NCBI GenBank assembly: GCA_964399135.1
Contig: CAYNPL010000006.1
Span: 63,741-127,740 of the forward strand
Origin: an uncultured Gaiellales bacterium
Lineage (GTDB): Bacteria > Actinomycetota > Thermoleophilia > RBG-16-64-13
Direction of reading: 5' to 3'
Length of the DNA stretch: 64,000 bases
The notes beneath the pieces are model-generated. The model did not search any database. It worked only from the letters and a program-made list of their open reading frames with translations, and was not told the origin of the DNA. The position numbers and the translations under genes are program-made. Every line of letters starts with the position of its first letter. Position 1 is the stretch's first letter. Of the stretch, positions 56,364 to 64,000 are shown piece by piece.

Positions 56364-57965
56364 ATGACGCGGTCACGTTGGTCCTTGCCCGCCGTGACGG
56401 TAATGCTGGCATGTGCTCTGGCCGCCGTTCTGTCGGTGACGGCCGCCTGTGGCGGCACCCAGACCTCCCTGAACCGGGTCGTTCTCGACAGTGGGCCTAT
56501 CTTGGGGGTGCAGGAGGCGGGCATATGGGTGTTCAAGGGCATCCCCTACGCTGCGCCACCCGTGGGTGACCTGCGCTGGCGGCCGCCCCAGCCGGTGACC
56601 CCTTGGCAGGATGTGCGGCAGTGTGTCGAGCCCGGTCCTTCCTGCCCCCAGCCCGCGGCGGGCGGGGTGTTCTACCTCGACGTGGGCGAAACGGACGAGG
56701 ATTGCCTGTACCTGAACGTATGGTCTCCGGCCGAGTCGAGCGCAGAGCGGCTCCCCGTCATGGTCTGGATCCACGGGGGCAGTTTCGTCACCGGCTCAGG
56801 TTCGATGGCGGTGTATGACGGCGCCAACCTGGCGGCCGAAGGGGTGGTGGTGGTCACCATTAACTACCGGCTGGGGCCGCTGGGGTTCCTCGCCCATCCG
56901 GCTCTCGCGGCGGAGTCGGCCGAAGGGACATCGGGTGACTACGGGTTGCTCGACCAGATCGCCGCCCTGCGCTGGGTGCAGAGGAACATCGCCGCCTTCG
57001 GAGGCGACCCGGGGCGGGTGACGGTCTTCGGAGAGTCCGCCGGGGCCATCAGTATCCTGGACCTGTTGGTGAGCCCCCTCGCCGAAGGGCTTTTCCAGCG
57101 CGCCATCGCCCAGAGCGGCATTCTCCTCGACACGGGCTTCGGGGTGTCGACGGCTGCCGCCAAGGCCCAGGCCGAGGCGGCCGGGGAAGAGTTCGTCAAG
57201 AGGCTCGGCGTCGACCCCTCTGGCGACGCGCTCGCCCAGATGCGGGCTCTGAGCGCGGCGGAACTGCTGGCGGCAGGAGGCTCCGGAGAAGATCTCATGG
57301 ACCAGGGTCTCACCTGGAAACCGGTGGCCGACGGTTACGTGCTATCGGATCTTCCCACCGACCTATGGCTCGCGGGCAGGCAGGCGAAGGTGCCCCTGCT
57401 GATCGGGTCCAACGCCGACGAAGGCAACGCCTTCCTGGCCGGCCTGACCGGGTCAACAGACGAATTCCGGCTGCAGATGGGGAGGATCTTCGGCCCCTAC
57501 GTGGACGAGGCGTTAGCGCTCTATCCGGTCGCGAGCCCGGCCGACATCACCCCGGCCTTCAGCCGCATGCTGACCGAGGTAGGGTTCGCTTCCACCGCCC
57601 GTTTCGCGGCCGCCGCCATGAGCGCGGTCGCGCCGGCCTACCTCTACCAGTTCACGCGGGTCCCTCTGGGGAATCCCCTGGGCGCGTTCCACGGGGTTGA
57701 GATCCCCTACGTGTTCGGCAACGCCGGCCTGTTCACGGCCCTCGGCGATATACAGCAGGCCGACTACGACCTGTCCGGGGCCATGATGGGCTACTGGGTC
57801 CGCTTTGCCGCCACCGGCGACCCCAACGGCGACGGTGCCGTGCCCTGGCCCGAATATGACAGCACCACCGACCGGCATCTGGAGCTGGGCGACACCATCG
57901 GCACCAAGGCAGGTCTGTACAAAGAGGCCTGCGACCTGGCCGACCGTATGCGCAAGGGGGAGTAG
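56364..57965 (+). CDS. Type-B carboxylesterase/lipase family lipoprotein
   Basis: FKGIPYAAPPVGDLRWRPP, EDCLYLNVW, WIHGGSF, GESAGA, FHGVEIPYVFG; lipobox TAACG. Confidence 0.93.
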   Translation: MTRSRWSLPAVTVMLACALAAVLSVTAACGGTQTSLNRVVLDSGPILGVQEAGIWVFKGIPYAAPPVGDLRWRPPQPVTPWQDVRQCVEPGPSCPQPAAGGVFYLDVGETDEDCLYLNVWSPAESSAERLPVMVWIHGGSFVTGSGSMAVYDGANLAAEGVVVVTINYRLGPLGFLAHPALAAESAEGTSGDYGLLDQIAALRWVQRNIAAFGGDPGRVTVFGESAGAISILDLLVSPLAEGLFQRAIAQSGILLDTGFGVSTAAAKAQAEAAGEEFVKRLGVDPSGDALAQMRALSAAELLAAGGSGEDLMDQGLTWKPVADGYVLSDLPTDLWLAGRQAKVPLLIGSNADEGNAFLAGLTGSTDEFRLQMGRIFGPYVDEALALYPVASPADITPAFSRMLTEVGFASTARFAAAAMSAVAPAYLYQFTRVPLGNPLGAFHGVEIPYVFGNAGLFTALGDIQQADYDLSGAMMGYWVRFAATGDPNGDGAVPWPEYDSTTDRHLELGDTIGTKAGLYKEACDLADRMRKGE

Positions 57966-58145
57966 ACCTGGCGCACCGCCTGCTCCACCGCCTCTAGTCG
58001 AGGCTGAAGGGCGAACACTCGTCGGTGGTCAGCAGCAGCGCGTCGCGTATGGGAACGTTCCCCGTCCGCCCGGGGTCACCATGTTGACAAGACCACTCCC
58101 GTATAATGGGCGGACGCGTAGGGACTTTCGACGAGGCTCGACTGC

Positions 58146-59342
58146 ATGGCTTTCGAACGCATACGCAATCTCCGCCCGGTGAAGCGCTACGGCTCCGAGC
58201 GGTACGTGCTCATCTCCCTGGTCACCTTCGCGCTGAGCGTGGTGACCCTCAGGGGTGTTCTTCGCCTCACCGGGTACGCGCAGATCGGCAACGACACAGT
58301 CCACATCGCCCACGTTCTGTGGGGTGGGCTGGCCCTGTTCGCGGCTGCTCTGTTGCTGCTCACGGTTGCCAACCGCTGGGCCCTGGTGCTCGGCGCCGTC
58401 CTCAGCGGGGGAGGAGTGGGGCTCTTCATCGACGAGGTGGGCAAGTTCGTCACTCAGAGCAACGACTACTTCACCCCGGCGGCGGCCCCCATCATCTACG
58501 CTCTGTTCCTGGCCACGGTCCTGGTGTATCTGCGGGTCCGCCGGCCTCCGGGGCGGGACGCCCGCGGAGAGATGTACCGGGCCCTCGAGCAGATGACGGG
58601 CGTGCTCGACCGCGAGATGAGCCGGCACGATCTGAACGTCCTGGCCCAGCGGCTGTCGCAGCTGCAGACCACGGCGAAGGACGAGCCGGCCCGGCGCTTG
58701 GCTGCGGCCATGGCCGACTATGTGGAGGCGGAGCGGCCTCTCATCGTCGAACCGCCGCCCGGGCGGGTGCAGCTGGTGCTCACGGCCGTGCGGTCCTGGG
58801 CCCGCCGAGTGTTCACCCGGCCGCGGCTGCGGGTGTTTCTCATCTTCGCGCTACTGGCGGGAGGAGTGTACGCGGTCCTGGACATGGCCCTGCTGGCGTT
58901 CTTGGCCATCGCCCCGGCCTCCTCCGTCACCGAGTTCTTGCGGTCGCTGGTGTCACCGGGGGAGCTCGCCGCCCTCGGTGACAAGATCTGGTTCTCGGTG
59001 CGGGCCGTCTTGGAAGGCGGGGTGGGCGCGGCCATGCTGGCCGGTGGCGTCCTCATCGCTCTGCGCCGCGAGGCGAGGGGTCTGAGCATCGCCGTCGCCG
59101 CCCTGATCGTCGACCTGACCGTTGTCAATCTGCTGGTGTTCTACCAGGACCAGAACAAGGCGCTCATCGGCACCGCCCTGCAGTACGTCGTGCTCGTGGC
59201 GGCCTTCTCCTACAGGCGGATTTACCTGGAAGGCGCGGACGGGGATGCAGGCGAGGCCCGGGCCGCGGCCGCACGCGTCCCGGCCCTCACTCTGCAGGAG
59301 GTGGCCTCTGAGGAGACCTCCTTGACGGCGGAGGCGTCATGA
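58146..59342 (+). CDS. Conserved hypothetical multi-pass membrane protein
   Basis: HIAHVLWGGL, GLFIDEVGKF.T..NDYF; about 9 hydrophobic segments. Confidence 0.75.
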   Translation: MAFERIRNLRPVKRYGSERYVLISLVTFALSVVTLRGVLRLTGYAQIGNDTVHIAHVLWGGLALFAAALLLLTVANRWALVLGAVLSGGGVGLFIDEVGKFVTQSNDYFTPAAAPIIYALFLATVLVYLRVRRPPGRDARGEMYRALEQMTGVLDREMSRHDLNVLAQRLSQLQTTAKDEPARRLAAAMADYVEAERPLIVEPPPGRVQLVLTAVRSWARRVFTRPRLRVFLIFALLAGGVYAVLDMALLAFLAIAPASSVTEFLRSLVSPGELAALGDKIWFSVRAVLEGGVGAAMLAGGVLIALRREARGLSIAVAALIVDLTVVNLLVFYQDQNKALIGTALQYVVLVAAFSYRRIYLEGADGDAGEARAAAARVPALTLQEVASEETSLTAEAS

Positions 59343-59497
59343 CCGCGGAGCGGGTCTCGGTCCCGGCCATGAACGATTATTGGACCGACGACCGGGCGCC
59401 GGTGGAGTGGACAACCGACCGCATGATCATCGTCTACGGTGTGAGCGGCAAGGACCGGGGAGAGCAGATGCGGCCCACCCATCCCTCCGGGGGTTGA
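59339..59497 (+). CDS. Putative 52-aa small protein (absent from the ORF track)
   Basis: ATGA overlap with the upstream gene; stop lies 1 nt before the next start; MTAERVSVPAMNDYWTDDRAPVEWTTDRMIIVYGVSGKDRGEQMRPTHPSGG*. Confidence 0.45.
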   Translation: MTAERVSVPAMNDYWTDDRAPVEWTTDRMIIVYGVSGKDRGEQMRPTHPSGG

Positions 59498-59498
59498 G

Positions 59499-60461
59499 GT
59501 GGCCGCCGCTTCTGCCGCCGCCGCCCGAGGGGCTGCCCCCGACCTGACCGCGGCCCTGCGCCGGGCCCTGGACGACGCCGGGTTCGCCCACCGGCTGGCG
59601 GACGTGGCGGTGGCGGACGAGCTGGCCGGAATCCTGGCCGGACTCCAGGAGCGGGGGGAGGTGAGCGCCGAGCTCCTGGAGGAGTACCGGGAGAGTCTGG
59701 CCTTCTCCTGCCCGGAAGAGGTGGGGGAGCCGCGGGCCCTAATCGTGGTGGCTGCCCGCTCCCCGGTGGTCAAGCTCCGCTTCGAGTTCGACGACGGCCC
59801 CTTCGAGGCGGTCGTGCCGTCTACGTATATCTCCACCTCGATCCGCGAACGGACACTCGAGGTCATGCGGTCGGTGCTCGGCCCGGCCGGATTCCGGGTG
59901 GCGCGCTGCCGGCTCCCGGTGAAGCTCCTCGCGGTGCGGACCGGGCTGGCGCAGTACGGCCGCAACAACGTGGCCTACGTGCGCAACATGGGCTCTTTCG
60001 TCCGCCTGGACGCGTACTGCACCGACGCCCCTCTCGAGGTGGTGGACCACAGGAGCAAGGGTAGCTGGCGCCTGACCAATTGCCCCCCTTGCCGCAATTG
60101 CCACCACGTGTGCCCCACCGGCTGCATCCCCTACGATGGCACCGTGATAGAGGCCACCCGCTGCCTCACCTATCTCAACGAGCACGAAGGCGAATGGCCC
60201 GACTGGCTCGATCCCAAGAGCCACAACGCCCTGGTGGGCTGCGTGCGCTGTCAGGAGCTGTGCCCGGCGAACCGGGTCCACCTGCGCATCCCCAAGGTGG
60301 TGGCCGAGTTCGACCGTGAAGAGACGGAGTGGATCCTGCGCGACCTGACGCCCGAGCAGCTGCCGGCAGGCGTGCGCGAGAAGCTGCGCCTCCTCGATCT
60401 GGACGAGTACTCCCCCGTGCTGGGGCGGAACCTGCGGGCGCTGCGGGCGGCAGGCGCCTAA
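59499..60461 (+). CDS. QueG/reductive-dehalogenase-like 4Fe-4S double-cluster protein
   Basis: PVKLLAVRTGLAQYGRNN, GSFVRL, CPPCRNCHHVCPTG, CLTYLNE, GCVRCQELCP.N. Confidence 0.78.
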   Translation: MAAASAAAARGAAPDLTAALRRALDDAGFAHRLADVAVADELAGILAGLQERGEVSAELLEEYRESLAFSCPEEVGEPRALIVVAARSPVVKLRFEFDDGPFEAVVPSTYISTSIRERTLEVMRSVLGPAGFRVARCRLPVKLLAVRTGLAQYGRNNVAYVRNMGSFVRLDAYCTDAPLEVVDHRSKGSWRLTNCPPCRNCHHVCPTGCIPYDGTVIEATRCLTYLNEHEGEWPDWLDPKSHNALVGCVRCQELCPANRVHLRIPKVVAEFDREETEWILRDLTPEQLPAGVREKLRLLDLDEYSPVLGRNLRALRAAGA

Positions 60462-60523
60462 GGCGGCCTGCCGCCCCACCCTGGGGCCGCGGCCGCGGGG
60501 CCGCGGCCGGGCGGCGGGGTCGC

Positions 60524-61030
60524 CTACGATCCCGCCGCCAGCCGGGCCGCCGCCTTCTTCTCCACCTCTTGGGTCAACGTGTTGGGATCACCCTGCTTGA
60601 GCGCCTTGGTGGGGCAGGCCCGCACGCAGGCCGGTTCGAGGCCGGCCTCCAGCCGGACGGCGCACAGGTCGCATTTCTGCATGCGCCCGTCTTTGCCGAA
60701 GCGGGGCACCCCGAAGGGGCAGGCGATGGAGCAGCTGTGGCAGCCGATGCAGAGATCGGCGGTGACGACGACGGCGCGGGTGCCGGTATCCCGGGCGATG
60801 GCCCCGGTGGGACAGGCCATGATGCAAGGAGCGTCCTCACAGTGCATGCAGGCGAGGGACACGTAGCGCAGCCGGGCCTCCGGGCCTGAGCCGGTCTCGA
60901 TGGTGAACACCTGGCGCCAGGCGGTGGGTTCGGGGCCGCTCACCTCCAGGTCGTTCTGGTCCATGCAGGCCACGGCGCACGTGAAGCACCCGGTGCAGCG
61001 GTCGAGGTCCAAGTAGAAGGCGTGGCTCAT
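60524..61030 (-). CDS. 4x[4Fe-4S] ferredoxin subunit (DmsB-like)
   Basis: DLDRCTGCFTCAVAC, CMHCEDAPCIMACPTGA, CIGCHSCSIACPFG, KCDLC, PACVRACP. Confidence 0.93.
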   Translation of the reverse strand: MSHAFYLDLDRCTGCFTCAVACMDQNDLEVSGPEPTAWRQVFTIETGSGPEARLRYVSLACMHCEDAPCIMACPTGAIARDTGTRAVVVTADLCIGCHSCSIACPFGVPRFGKDGRMQKCDLCAVRLEAGLEPACVRACPTKALKQGDPNTLTQEVEKKAAARLAAGS

Positions 61031-63264
61031 CGCGTCACCTCCTGCGCTCCGGCGGTCCCAGGCGCGATCTTCTTGACGGCGCACAGCGAGGCCTTGAAGC
61101 CGGGGAAACCGGAGATGGGGTCAAGGTAGTCACCGGACAGCAGGGTGTTGACGTCGGCCTCGGGATAGTCGTGGAACATGTGGGCCACGCCCACGCCGGC
61201 CAACTCGGTGATGTTGGCCTTGACCTGAATGGCGCCATAGGGGGTGGACAGCTCGACCAGGTCACCCTGGGCGATGCCGTACTTGCCGGCGTCGATCGGG
61301 TTGAGGTCGACCATGGCCTCGCGGCGGAGGCTGCGGGTCCAGGGCAGCCGGAACGTCCGGGAATGGATGAACATGGGCAGGCGGGTGCCGGTGCCCAACA
61401 CCAGGGGGAATCCCGCGGCCACGTCGGGCGTCGACAGCGGGCTGAGCTTGGGCTCGTTGTAGACCGGCAGACCGTCGATGCCCTCTCGGTCAGCGTGCTT
61501 CTCGGTGATGGAGGAGACGAACTCCATCTTGCCGCTCGGGGTGGCGAAACCGTTTTTCTCGTACTTCTTGAAGGTGATGGGGATCGGGTTCGGCACCGGC
61601 ATCCCGGCAGGATGCTCCCTGATCTGGGCCACGGTCATGCCGCTGGGCGCGAGGATCCAGTCCAGAGCCGCGTCGAAAGCGTCGCCGAAATCGGGAGCGC
61701 CGTTGGGCAGGAACCCGCCCAGATCGGCCGGGGGGGTCGCCCCGCCGGCCGCGGCCCCATCGTAGTCCTGGTAAGGCAGTCCCAGCTTCTGGGCCAGGCC
61801 GAAGACAATGTCGGTGTCGGAACGGGATTCACCGATGGGTTCGATGACCGGTTTCGTGGCGATGACGTACTTCTGCGGGTATGCCCGCACCTCGCTCCGC
61901 TCCACCGAGCTGCAGGCCGGCAGCACGATGTCGGCGTACTTGGCGGTATCGGTGGCGAAGAGGTCGGTGATGCAGATGAAGTCGAGCTTCTGCACGGCTG
62001 CGAGCCAATCCTTCGAACCGGGGAACATCCGGTAGTTGACGCCGAAGCCCAGGAAACCCCGCAGCGGGTAGGGATCGCCGCTGTTGATGTGCCGGGGAAG
62101 GTCCATGGCCTGGCCCTGATCGATCATCTCGGTCCATACCGGGAAACGTGCGGCTCCCACCCGGGGAGGCAGGTCGCTCCAGGGGCGCGGCATCTTGAAG
62201 GCGTGGTCGCGGGAGGGGAAGCCGCCTCCGGGGACCTCGAGCCAGGCCAAGGGCTGGACCACGTTGCCGCCGGGGACGTCGAAGTTGCCGGTAAGCCCCA
62301 CCAACATGGCCGCCGCCCGCTGGTTCTGCACCCCGTTGGTGTGATGGACGACCGGGGTGGAGCTGGGCATCATGGCGGCCGGCTTGGTGGTGGCGTAGAG
62401 CACCGCCGCTTCCCGGATAAGGGCGGCGGGCACGCCGGTGATCTCCTCCGCCCGCTCCAGGGTGAAGGTGGAGGCGTACGCCCGGTACTTGTCGAACCCA
62501 CGGGTCCATTCGGAGACGAACTCCCGGTCGTAGAGCCCCTCGGAGATGATGACGTTGGCCATGGCCAGCGCGAGGGCGCCGTCGGTACCGGGGCGGAGCT
62601 TCAGGTGCAGGTCGGCCAGGGCGGCGATGGGGGAGTTGCGGGGATCGACGACGATGAACTTGACCCCCCGCTCCTTCGCGTCCATGAGCTTGCGGGCGTT
62701 GGGGGTCCCGGCCCACAAGGGGTTGCCCGTCCACACGAAGAGCAACTTGGTGTGGGCCAGGTCGGGACCCGCCATCGCTCCGTAGACCAGCCGCCAAGCC
62801 ATAGCCATGGCCGTGAAGCAGGTGCTCGACTCGGTGCAGTAGTTGGGGGACCCGAAGAGGAAGGCCAGGCGCTGGACGAACGGCCTCATCTGCTTGGGAT
62901 ACCCGCAGTAGAAGACCACCGACTCGGGGCCGCTTTCGGCCTTGAGGCGCTGCAGGTTCTCGGTGACGGTGTCGAGGGCCTCGCTCCAGGAGATGGACAC
63001 CATCTCACCGGAGCCGCGGGGGCCCACCCGCTTGAGGGGCGTGCGGAGTCTTTCCTCGTGGTATATCCACTGGCGCTGAGCGGCTCCCTTGGCGCAGAGG
63101 GTGCCGCCGCTGTGCGGGTTCTCCAGTGTTCCCTCCACCTTGATGATGCGGCCGTCTCTGACATAGCAGTCGAGGCCGCACTGTGTCTGCGGGTCGCAGA
63201 TCGTGCAGATCGACTTGCGGACCTCGATCCCGGTGGCTTCGCCCGGGATCTTGCCCTTGCTCAT
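61027..63264 (-). CDS. Mo/W-bisPGD (DMSO-reductase superfamily) catalytic subunit without a Tat signal
   Basis: CTICDPQTQCGL..H..TLCAKG, ERLRTPLKR, SWSEAL, TESSTCF, VVDPR, PGTDGALA, ADIVLPA; ATG 63264 overlaps the upstream stop. Confidence 0.92.
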   Translation of the reverse strand: MSKGKIPGEATGIEVRKSICTICDPQTQCGLDCYVRDGRIIKVEGTLENPHSGGTLCAKGAAQRQWIYHEERLRTPLKRVGPRGSGEMVSISWSEALDTVTENLQRLKAESGPESVVFYCGYPKQMRPFVQRLAFLFGSPNYCTESSTCFTAMAMAWRLVYGAMAGPDLAHTKLLFVWTGNPLWAGTPNARKLMDAKERGVKFIVVDPRNSPIAALADLHLKLRPGTDGALALAMANVIISEGLYDREFVSEWTRGFDKYRAYASTFTLERAEEITGVPAALIREAAVLYATTKPAAMMPSSTPVVHHTNGVQNQRAAAMLVGLTGNFDVPGGNVVQPLAWLEVPGGGFPSRDHAFKMPRPWSDLPPRVGAARFPVWTEMIDQGQAMDLPRHINSGDPYPLRGFLGFGVNYRMFPGSKDWLAAVQKLDFICITDLFATDTAKYADIVLPACSSVERSEVRAYPQKYVIATKPVIEPIGESRSDTDIVFGLAQKLGLPYQDYDGAAAGGATPPADLGGFLPNGAPDFGDAFDAALDWILAPSGMTVAQIREHPAGMPVPNPIPITFKKYEKNGFATPSGKMEFVSSITEKHADREGIDGLPVYNEPKLSPLSTPDVAAGFPLVLGTGTRLPMFIHSRTFRLPWTRSLRREAMVDLNPIDAGKYGIAQGDLVELSTPYGAIQVKANITELAGVGVAHMFHDYPEADVNTLLSGDYLDPISGFPGFKASLCAVKKIAPGTAGAQEVTR

Positions 63265-64000
63265 CCGTTGAAGCTTGTCCACGTCGCCTCCGTCTCGTTC
63301 GTCGCGCCTATCGCGGCTTTCAGCAGGGCCTGCTTGGTGACCCCGGCCGACAGGCAGCAGTCAAGCAGATTGACCCCGGCCAGCCGCCCGTCGAGCCAGA
63401 CGCGGAACTGGTGAGAGTCGCCTTCGCTGCATACGACCATCGTGTCGTACTCGTTCACACAGCCCACGGCGGCGAACAGCATGCGGCCGACGTGGGTGAT
63501 GTTGTGCGGCACTCCGCCTCGGTAGACCGAGGGGGCGCCGGCGAGACTGCGTCCCGCGGCCCGCCCTTGGTAGCGGGCGCTCGACCACAGACCGATTATC
63601 TCATGCCGTCCCGACAGCAGGTTCTTGCCCTGGGCCACGTCGCCGGCCGCGTAAAGGGTGGGCAGACTCGAACGCATCTGTTCGTCCACCAGGATGCCGT
63701 TGCCGGTGGCCACCTGCCCGGGGCGGAGGAACGACAGCGCCGGACGCGTGCCCGTGCAGACCACCACCAGGTCGACGACCTCCTGGGTGGATGACTCATC
63801 GCAGGCGGTGCCGCCGGCCCCTCCGGGGTCGGCGGCACCGGGCAGCGCGCCGAAGTCCAGGCGTACACCGGGCCGGCCGGCCTCGGTGACGGCGTCTGTG
63901 ATCACCCCGGTGAGAGCCGCGCCCAGGCGCAACTCGTAGCCCTCCCCCAAGAGGTGGTCTTCCATGATGCGGGCGCAGTCCGGGTGCGCCGCCAGGGGAA
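63261..64000 (-). CDS. FAD/NAD(P)-dependent pyridine nucleotide-disulfide oxidoreductase (NirB/rubredoxin-reductase-like), 5' end outside the window
   Basis: VVVCTGTRP, GILVDEQMRSS.P.LYAAGDVA, W..A..QGR.AG. Confidence 0.85.
   Translation of the reverse strand, partial: PLAAHPDCARIMEDHLLGEGYELRLGAALTGVITDAVTEAGRPGVRLDFGALPGAADPGGAGGTACDESSTQEVVDLVVVCTGTRPALSFLRPGQVATGNGILVDEQMRSSLPTLYAAGDVAQGKNLLSGRHEIIGLWSSARYQGRAAGRSLAGAPSVYRGGVPHNITHVGRMLFAAVGCVNEYDTMVVCSEGDSHQFRVWLDGRLAGVNLLDCCLSAGVTKQALLKAAIGATNETEATWTSFNG

Noticed and set aside
58084-58107. Perfect TTGACA and TATAAT as one sigma-70 promoter
   Set aside because: The spacer is only 12 nt rather than about 17. TATAAT may still act as a -10, but the pair is not a canonical promoter.

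Overview
This is a GC-rich bacterial chromosomal segment. The gene set (DUF4389, LigC/Ku, leaderless-type promoters, Thr-rich Tat lipoproteins) suggests an Actinomycetota organism, possibly an anaerobic or microaerophilic Thermoleophilia-like lineage; that assignment is inference. It carries four tRNA genes (Lys-CTT partial, Ser-CGA, Arg-ACG, Ser-GCT), housekeeping genes (metF, tadA, serC, tatA, a UvrD-like helicase, a P-type ATPase) and many redox and catabolic genes: a xanthine-oxidase-family molybdenum hydroxylase operon, a cytoplasmic Mo-bisPGD oxidoreductase operon, a DUF362/polyferredoxin pair and an MsrP-like/cytochrome b pair. It also has two toxin-antitoxin-type pairs and Ku plus a stand-alone ATP-dependent ligase. 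I found no integrase, transposase, phage genes, rRNA or CRISPR array. The best leads are: (1) an OsmC-like gene split in the ORF track by an in-frame TGA at the catalytic Cys position and followed by a SECIS-like hairpin, so probably a selenoprotein (55883-56353); (2) a divergent XRE/HEAT-like regulator with vWA and ARPP-1 (DUF6569) genes and operator palindromes (17286-20018); (3) a 77-aa secreted peptide with a duplicated PNxGDGVSDGSG motif; (4) a hydantoinase/RidA chimeric remnant and a lactonase-fold enzyme with a non-canonical metal motif at the head of the Mo-hydroxylase operon; (5) a YkoP-like ORF reading through a G-rich 15-bp tandem repeat into serC. Several single-base frameshifts could be assembly indels. 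All family assignments come from motif recognition by eye; no searches were run.
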